In this document: positions 54,430 to 64,000 of the stretch, in pieces
Position numbering within the stretch: position 1 is the first letter of the stretch
How the letters are laid out: each line of letters opens with the position of its first letter
Translations under genes and position numbers: made by a program
The notes under the pieces: generated by a model
Seen by the model: only the letters and a program-made list of their open reading frames with translations
The model's database searches: none
What the model was told of the DNA's origin: nothing
DNA from: Octopus sinensis
Lineage: Eukaryota
DNA length: 64,000 bases
Reading direction: 5' to 3'
Assembly: GCF_006345805.1 (NCBI RefSeq)
Contig: NC_043005.1
Coordinates: 39,184,001-39,248,000, forward strand

Positions 54430-54700
54430 TGTATTGGATCAGAGGAAGGAAGATATCAATCCAGATACAACTACCGTCTATCGACTTTTAAGCACCTCGA
54501 GAAGAGACATGCAACATCCTTTTCGGCATTAATCTGAAAACTTAAAAACGAAAACGTCTAATGCAACATCAAATGGGAAATCCTTTCCAAGACCAAACCC
54601 TATACTAACGGCGGAAAAGACGTTCCATATGTTCCCTCGGAAAACTGTACATTTAAAAAAAAATGAAGAACCTCTAATGTCTGTGTAAATTACAGGAATT
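54430..54700 (+). mobile_element. PLE GIY-YIG remnant (related to 53590-54060)
   Basis: CIGSEEGRYQSRYNYRLSTFKHLEKRHATSFSALI*KLK..IKWEILSKTKPYTNGGK.CSICSLGKLYI. Confidence 0.75.
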
Positions 54701-56359
54701 AGATATTTTTCTCTATGTCCGCATTTTCAAAGATACATCTTAACGGAAATTAAATATAGACTACCGGACACATCATGAAACGATTTCAGTCTGGTTTACA
54801 TAATTTTGATATAGGAAAGATACTGAATGCCTTTGCTGTAGAGCTGAAAATTCTACCTCTGTTTTTTTTCTCTCTGTCCTTTTATATAGGCACGTTCTCA
54901 CTGAAACATTAACTACATCGTACGCAGTTCACAGACTGACTTGTTATCAACAGCTTGAAGAATGGGAAAATATTTCGCCCAGGAAACTCAGGGTGACAGT
55001 ATATAAAACTAGAGCTTTTATTACAACAATATATTTACTCTCTTAGCTCTTACTTGATCAAATGCAATACTACAAGTGGAAACCTTACCACACAGTATAT
55101 ATATATTAATATATATATATATATATATAGGAGGGGCCTTATATATATATATATATATATTAATATATATATTCACTTATCTTCATTGATTTAACAGCGT
55201 CATCCTCTAAGTTTATTTAATGTATTAGACACTTACAGTTAACTCTAAGTATTTGTATATATTCATTTCATTTTCATTCATATGATTACCAGCTTAAATC
55301 TATCTTGCTATGCAGTTAATAAACCCTTTCCAAATTTCAAACGATCCTAAAGCCTCCACAATCCGTTTTTTTTTTCTATTTTCCCTTTGTTTTTTTTTCA
55401 CGAGCATGGGAGAGAAACTACGTATGAAAGATTACTGAAAGCGCTCAGGAATGTGTATTGTTTTGTTTCGTTAATATTTTTAAGTAAAGAAACTAAGGAT
55501 GCTGTAAGTGAAAATAAAACGAAAGAATTAAGGGCGAAAACGACGTGTATGTGTTTTATGGGGATGACAATAAAACGAAGCAAATGTGTAATAATCAGAT
55601 TTGGATTTCATGACAAGGAAAACTGGAATAACTCCAAATTTATATGAAAGTAGCTTCACGTATATAAGCTGCATTAGGAAAACTTAATGGGAAATATGTA
55701 TAGTAGTGGTTTCCATGCCAAGCTGTGTTGTTTTGCAGATGTAAATATATATTCATTCAAAAATCCGCAAAAAAATGGAATCGAAATCCGAAATATTTCC
55801 TTTTCGAAGTGAAGGGTTATAAAATGCATTTTTATCGCATTTTTTACACGTCACAATGTTTATGCTCTACCATTTATATTGAGTCGTCATCCTGTTCTGT
55901 TCCATACGCTACACATGAAAGTTTCCTTGGACTAATATTCGTAATTATAATATTCTAAAGAACTTGAAGTTTAATATGAGTATTTACATACACGGACATA
56001 TTTATAAGGATATAAATACCATCATCACCAGCAGCAGCAGCAACAGCGGCATTATTATCATGAACATTATCACAATCAACCCCTGAAATTTAATGTTTTG
56101 GGTCCTAGAAGTCATCGCGTCAATTACCCGGTTTCCGTGATATATAAGTTCCGGAATCTCAACATTCCTGATGAATGGAAAAGCCAAAACGGCGCAGGGT
56201 TAATTATTTACGGTTGTGTGCTCTGGAGCAAAATGAAAGGAGGTGGTTTGCTCAACAACACAATGCACAGCCCGGTTCGGGACTCAAAATCACAATTTTA
56301 TGATCGTGAGAGCAATACCCTAAATACACATACCATCACTCCCACATATGTATACAACA

Positions 56360-56397
<38 letters not shown>

Positions 56398-57109
56398 CCT
56401 ACATATAATTACACCCACACATATATAAACTTATAGATGTGCGTGTGAATGTTGAGTTGTGTACCGAGCTCTACCCGTAGTTTACACACATTTGGATCAC
56501 CAAATTTTTTGCTATTCAATATAACAACAACCGAAAGATCTTCTTGGTGCTTTTCTTTACACAGTTTTAATACAAAAAAAAAAATCACTGTATATTTGCA
56601 AATATATCTATTATATGAGATACTCTACACTTCATACAGCATTTTTAATTGGTTCACATTTTCAAATTGCTCCCACTAATAATAAAATCGTTAAACATAT
56701 CATCAATGCTGCTATCGATAATTACCGTTAACGTACAAAAACCTCATATTATTTCCATCCGTTTTTATATTTTTATTTTATTTTTCAGTTATATGATTTC
56801 ATTTCCTTTACTGAAACTTGGAAAGTAATTTTTTTCAACGTAAATCTACTTTTCAACAACTCTAACTTACTAACATACACAGCAATAAAAATCTTTGCTT
56901 AACTAGTTACCATTACAACTACAAGCAACGGAATATTTCTTCATTATCTTTTCATTATTTCAGTTAGTACATTCGTCCATTTATTCTTTTTCAACAATTT
57001 GTCATCTAGTCATTAATTAGTTCTGCTTGAATAAAACTTTAAGATGTAAAGGAAAAACTAATTTTAGCCTAATTTAGCAGTACCTCCACAACTCCATTGT
57101 AATTATTTG

Positions 57110-57508
<399 letters not shown>

Positions 57509-57764
57509 TGTGTGTGTAGTGCGTATACATGTATGTATGCATATGTATGTATATGTGTGTGTCTGAATATACGTACGTATGCTATATATATGTGTCAGCA
57601 ACCGATAACACTATTTCCAGAAATTCTCTAAATAACTATTTATCATAGACTCTAGTTTATCACAAACTATAATTTGTCATAAACTATAATTAACCATAAA
57701 AAGATATTTAAGTTTTTGTAATAAAGCAAAAATTTTGTTATACTAAGTAATATCAACAATATTA

Positions 57765-57853
57765 GCAACAACAACAACAACGACGACGACGACGATAATA
57801 ATAATAATAATAACAATAATAATAATAATAATAACACCAACAACAACAACAAC

Positions 57854-57938
<85 letters not shown>

Positions 57939-58015
57939 TTAATAATAATAGTTATAATAATAATTGCAATAATAATAATAATAATATTAATAATAATAAT
58001 TATAATAATAATTAC

Positions 58016-58086
<71 letters not shown>

Positions 58087-58112
58087 TAGTAATAGTAATA
58101 ATAACAATAACA
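57765..58112. repeat. (TAA)n/(CAA)n array
   Basis: Directly visible. Confidence 0.97.
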
Positions 58113-58117
58113 AGATT

Positions 58118-58570
58118 AAATGCCGTGATGCAGTATTAAGCAATGGCTGGCATGGCTTCTGATCTTAACTGATTGGAAGTGTTATCTCATGTAAACGTTT
58201 TGTCTTGGTATAAAAGATGGGCCGAGCTAATTTTCTGCTCAGTACCACAGATTTGCGTGTCAGATACTTCGCCTTAATCAGTTGAGCATGTTCCTTGGGG
58301 GCTAATGATAAGTGCATCTCTGATCAAAAGCAGGTATAGTGGGGAGCATCATAGCTATGTGTTGAGAGGAATTCTTTGAGGCTTGAATAATTCACCTCTG
58401 GAAACATGGGTGCTTCATTCATCATGCTTAAACAAACCTAATTCAGGGTCCTTTCGAGTGGGATGAGCTACTCAAACTTGAAGAAAATTCTAACTGGGCC
58501 CCACATGTGAGGTCATGCGTCGTTCGTCTTGATATGATATCACCATGCCATGCACTGCTCTCTTACTCAA
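58118..58570 (-). mobile_element. Copy of the ~560-bp (TAA)n-associated element with an internal deletion
   Basis: Reverse complement of 34249-34807 lacking roughly 110 bp, joined at a catg microhomology (caccatg|ccatgcactgc). Confidence 0.85.
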
Positions 58571-58615
58571 TACTACTACGACTAGTACTAATACTAAGAA
58601 GAAGAAAAAGAAGAA

Positions 58616-58646
<31 letters not shown>

Positions 58647-59039
58647 GAGAAGAAGAAGAAGGAGGAGGGGGAGGAGGGGAAAACATTTTGGACAGTTCAA
58701 GACAAAACAAAGAATGTGTATGTGTGTGTATGTGAGTAAGTGTGCGGGTTTTGTGTGTAAACAAGATTTAAAAAAATGATAAGAAGGAAAAAAGAAAGAA
58801 ATCAACAATGTGTAATCCTTAATAGGGATGAGACATCCGAGGACTGCTGATGGAAAAAATATAAAAAAAACATGGGGACCCTGACTTTTGGGGCAGCTGC
58901 CTTTTTTTCCTTTCCTTTTCTCTTACTACAGGCGTATGTTCAGGGCAGGCCCGTTCACTCGCACCATTATCGTCACTTTCATCCAGCTTTCAACAAACTG
59001 ACTAGAAGACAACACTTCCCTCTCTACTCTTATCTTCCG

Positions 59040-60725
59040 TTTCAAGTAAATTTTTAAGAAGTTCATTAGAGATTAGCCAAAGAGGAAAGTGTTTGTCTTC
59101 AGCTCCTTCAATCTCGTCCACCATACAACATCTTTCGCCATGACTACCAGGCATATAAACACAGACTTTCTTTCCCGAGAGGTGGCGGGGCAATCTTCCC
59201 GAAGGATTCTATTGACAGCCGGTTCTGTCCCACATGCGACAGGGTTCAACATAAATCCACAGATAAGCACTGCTCCAGCACAGGAGAATGCATGCAGAAC
59301 CGTCTCGTCGTCCTGCGCGCATCTTGGACATGCTCAACTGAGGGTACGTCCGTGCCTGTAAAGTTTATCTTGAATAGGCAATGCTCCCCGATAGCACAGC
59401 CAGGCCAGTGAATTTTGGAAATTATCCATCGGTGCCGCGCCGAAAGTTCTCCCGAAAAGAACTAGTTAATCTTGTTCGACGCCCAAGGTCTCCCCAAGAA
59501 CGTCGTTGCAATTTCCTTACACTAATCCTCGATAACACGCTGAAGTGGACGGTCCACCTATCGCAGTGCCCGATTGGCTGAGGGCTGTGAACTCTTGAAT
59601 GCATGCCACTTCCCAAATGCATTCTCTCGACCTCTGTTTTACCCACGACTGCAGCTCTGTTAAAGAAACTAGCTGCGAAAATGTGTCTGGCGAACGGTAA
59701 CCACACCTGTTCACCGTCAAGGAATACTGGAGATGTCGTAGTCTAAGCTATGCCCAGACCGCCACTCGTCGAGTGTTAGCAGATAGACGGCCTGGCCAAC
59801 GGAACACGTCCCTTCCACAACAAGCAGAAGAGTATACTCTCCAGCGTAGTCAGACGGTGGCCAGGACAAGGCACGACGGTCAAGCGATAGTAAATGACAG
59901 ACGCGAAATACGCATTAGCCATCTCTACCCGACCTTTCAGGGTAGTATTTTCTCGGCCCATTTCTGGTCAACCTGTTCGCTACCTCGTCCCAATTATTGT
60001 CCATCTGGAGGTCCGGACCGAACCAGACTCCGAACAATTTAACCGGACCGTCCGTCCAGTGCCCAACGACGCAGTTTGACGGCATGGACTTGCCTCACCA
60101 GGTGCCGAGCCTCAAGGCCACTAATTTTTTCCTGATTAATCATCGCTCTTGAAACTGCTTCGTGGTCCCTGAGAGCGGTGCCGATCATTTCTATGTGTTC
60201 ATGATCCGACACCCCTACGGTGTCGGATCCTAGATCACGTGGGATGCCTCTCAATGGCTTCCGTTTGTGTAGTAGTCTTGAGAGTCAATACATACAAGGG
60301 GGACGAGGGAGAGCAACCTTGCCGACCGTGTGCATGTTGTTGAACGGCTCTGGGAGGTGACCGTTCACTCTGACAACTGAACGGATGACGCCGTGCATTC
60401 AAGCGACCCATCCCTGAATACAGAACCGAAACAAGCTGCCTTGGGAACTGCCACCAGGTATACATAGTCGACCCTATCGAAAGCTTTAGACTGATCTAAA
60501 TTGGTTAGGATCCCACACTTGTTAGGTTCTTTAGCCCTTTCTCAAAGATGTATCACATGAGGTAGAGGTCGTCGTGGATGGATCTTTTCTAGGTGGCTCC
60601 TCCTACCAAATCCCCGACGACAAGCAGCAATCTCATAGCTAACACCTTGGCCAAAATTTTGAACTCTGCTTTCAGCAGACTTATCAGCGTAGAGTTGTCA
60701 ATACAATCCCCCTTGTAAACCCACA
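59040..60725 (-). mobile_element. Tx1/L1-clade LINE RT region, degraded
   Basis: LLKAEFKILAKVLA; LDQSKAFDRVD; RQGCSPSSPLYVLTL; VSDHEHIEMIGTALRDHEAVSRAMINQEK; WTDGPVKLFGVWFGPDLQ; TLKGRVEMANAYFASVIYYRLTVVPCP. Confidence 0.85.
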
Positions 60726-61214
60726 CAGTCCTAATTTCAAACAATATTGTCAAAAACGGAGCAGTTGTCTTTCCAAAGATCTTCCAAGGGCTCTGTCTCG
60801 AAAAAATTGGCCCTGTTGTCTTTTTCTTTTTTTTTTCAATAAAGTACAGCTGTCGTCTGCTTTTTTTCTTTCTCCTAGCGCTCCGTCGTTTGCCACCGTC
60901 GCACTCCCACTTACTAACGTTTCGTCACACTACTCACTCCCTCCCCCTCTCACATATTAGCGTCGCCGTTTTTTGTGGTGGTTTCTCCATGTTGGTGGGG
61001 AAAACGCAAACAACAATGATTAAAAAGCAAAAACAATTCACCCGACTCCTAAAACTGGGGAGTGGGGTAACAGGAAAATAAGTTCAACCCTCGACAGTAA
61101 TTAACCTGTTGTACGCGATAGTACAAACTTCAAGGGTGCGAATAAAACGTATTGTGTTTTTCTTTATAAACTCCACGTAGCTAGGTCAGGCTTGGCTTGC
61201 CTGGCTGACGGCCA

Positions 61215-61490
<276 letters not shown>

Positions 61491-63297
61491 CACTGGCCAA
61501 CAATTATTTTTCATCAAGCATATGTTAAGGTGTACTTTGTGTAGTTTTGAATGCTGAATTCAAATATGCAATTACATTTTTGACCTCACGTATAGTTTTC
61601 ATCACGTAAAGTTTTTCAATTTTAGCTTATGTACTGTACAGAAATTTCAATTAATGACGTATATGCATGTATTTCCTTTACATCATGGACACATACCTTT
61701 AAAATAAACTACATTATTCATTACTGCATAGTTCAGATGCAATATTTCAACATCTCAAATTGTCCGGTGATAATACTTCATCATCTCAAATTTAATATAA
61801 GTACAACCGTTTGTATCTATTTCTCTTTTTACCTTACAGTGTTAACAATGTCAAGACAGTGTAGAAATTGCCCTGATATGTTTCGTTATGTCTGTGGACA
61901 ATTTATTGTGGAAACTCAAAAACGTACAATAGCACCAGACGTCAAAAAGATTTACAAGCTATTCTTTGACTGTCCTCTTGAAGATCAGGATCAGTTCTGG
62001 GCACCATATTTTATCTGCTCAGCTTGCTCATATGGCTTACGTGACTGGTTCAATAATAATAAGAAGTCCCTGCCTTTTGCCATTCCAATGAGAAGGAAGG
62101 AACCGAAAAACCATTTTAATGACTGTTATTTTTGCAAAGTAAATATCACAGGATTTTCTATGAAGAATAAGCACAAAGTCCTGTATCCCAATTTGGATTC
62201 TGCAATGAGACCTGTGCCTCACAATGGAAGTCTGCGAATTCCGGTTCCACCAGGTGATAGTATTTAGACATCAAATGATGATGCTGACTGTCACGATAGA
62301 GCTGCTAAGGAAGATTACGTGGCTGATGACAATAACATTGAACCTCAGAAATTTTCCCATGCTGAACTGAATGAACTTGTCAGAGACCTATCCCACACAA
62401 AAGAAAATTGCAGAACTGTTGGCATCAAAACTGAAGGTGAAGTATCTGCTAGAGCACGGTATTCGTATAACTTATTTTCGACAGAGAAATGTGGTTCTAC
62501 AATCGTGATTTTCTGTTGAAGGCTCGCTTTAATTTTGCAGTAACATCAATGGACTTTTGAATGAGTATCATAAAATCATGATCCTGCTTAGTAGGCTTTG
62601 TTTATTGACTCTTCAAGACGACGTTTAAAAGTTGTGCTTTTCCATAATGGTAATTTGAAGCCTCCCATTTCTATTGCACATTCTGTTCATCTTCATGAAT
62701 CATATGAGACTATGGAACTTTTACTTCATGTCATTGGCTATGAAAGATACTCACGGAAAATATGTGGAAATTTAAAAATCATAGAAATATCAATGGGAAT
62801 GCAGTCAGGCTTCACAAAATACGGTTGTTTCTTGTGTCTATTGGACAGTCGGTCACCTGACAGACATTATTCGGAATCAAACTGGCAGACAAGATCATCA
62901 TACCAGCCAGCATTGTCGTGCGTCAAGAATACACCTCTTGTAGATCCATGTAATATATTATTGCCTACTTTTCAAATAAAGCTTGGATTGAGGAAACAAT
63001 TTGTACAGACACTAGGGAAGAGAAATGCCAGAGCATTTGAGTATACCATAGAAAGGTTTCCCAAAATCACGCAGACGAAGTTGAAAGAGGGTATCTTTGT
63101 GGGAACCCAAATCACAGAAGTACTCAAAGATGTCAACTTCATGACGGTGCTGGATGAACTGGAACTGCCTGACTGGAATACTTTCAGTTGACTCTGTGAG
63201 AATTTCTTGGGCAACAAGAAGGCAGTGGACTACAAGGATGGCATCAGGATTCTTCTAAAGTCGTACTCAGCAACGGGTGGGAGCATGTCACAAAATA
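61491..63297 (+). mobile_element. Chapaev3-like (CMC superfamily) DNA transposon, 3'-truncated, inactivated
   Basis: Begins TAA|CAC at 61491; ATG at 61848. CRNCPDMFRYVCG..DQDQFWAP..CSAC..W..DCYFC..SAMRPVPH; ELNELVRDL; FIDSSRRRLKVVLFHNGN; GMQSGFTKYGCFLC; LLPTFQIKLGL; KEGIF; FLGNK. Stops and frameshifts present. Superfamily call rests on the Cys/His N-terminal pattern and the CAC terminus. Confidence 0.7.
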
Positions 63298-63479
63298 ATG
63301 TTGTTTCTGGTATGAAACAAAACACAATATTTTTATTTCTTAAACTTACGCAGAGAGAGTGAACAATTCATAAGTTCAAAAACGCCACAAAAAACTATGT
63401 CTGGAGATAAATTTATCAACAACAAAAAAAACAGACGAATACAGATCTGTTGACCTTAAGAAGCTACGTTACGAGCAAT

Positions 63480-64000
63480 GTTTACATGCAGAGAACTCGG
63501 ATGCGGTGTTATCTCAAACACGTAACCCTAAACAGACAGATTTGTCCCCTAATGTCAATGTCCGAGCTCGTCATGCCACAGTGACAACAAAGCAAAATAC
63601 AAACCGGATTGGTCGTCAGCCGGAACATCAAGGACCACGTATTCGAAAGATGAACAAAATTCGGTACGAAAAATCAGCTACTGGTTCAAATTTTACCGAC
63701 ACGCAGGAGCTGGAAGTGCCCCACAACCGGAATATTCCAACAGATGGCCATCCATACTCGTCATCAAATGACCAAAAGAAAAAGAATGAAAAATGGTCTA
63801 GAGGAGATAATAAAGAATTTCTTACGGCCTATCATGCCATATATTTGCCCACAAATAAATCTAATATTGTACAAACCTACTTAAACTGGAGTAAGAAACA
63901 CCTTCAAGTAAGACCCAACATAGACAGTAACAAACTAGCCAGCGTCAGAAAAAAACATTGTAAATACGAAATTACTAACTAAATTAGAGATTGACCAAAT
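63480..64000 (+). mobile_element. Probable 5' end of an R4/Dong LINE ORF
   Basis: ORF 63506..63982 contains KWSRGDNKEFLTAYH..TYLNW..RPNIDSNKLASVRK, resembling the KWTxExxxxxxxxYY..W..RPxxxxNKLAxxRR N-terminal motif of Dong/R4. Confidence 0.6.

Overview
Repeat-saturated, AT-rich animal DNA with no host protein-coding exon I can recognise. The SINE families and the density of (TA)n/(TAA)n/(GATA)n tracts suggest an octopus genome (inference). Nearly all long ORFs in the supplied track are microsatellite artefacts. The real coding remnants are mobile elements: four Penelope-like (PLE) GIY-YIG fragments, a Ty3/gypsy gag-protease remnant, two CR1-like LINEs inserted in (TA)n, several R4/Dong pieces, a Tx1/L1 LINE, a TIR-to-TIR but dead mariner, a Chapaev3-like transposase, non-autonomous Helitrons and several tRNA-derived SINEs. 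There is also a degraded pelota (PELO/Dom34) pseudogene that the ORF track largely misses. The most notable unexplained structure is a set of type I hammerhead ribozyme (HHR) motifs from about five unrelated sequence families. Most sit in inverted pairs of the same outward-facing polarity, including a near-perfect 429-bp palindrome (31719-32147) with a complete canonical HHR in each arm and a PLE terminal repeat with a tRNA-like module upstream of its HHR. All alignments, translations and folds were done by eye; element boundaries may be off by a few to tens of bases.
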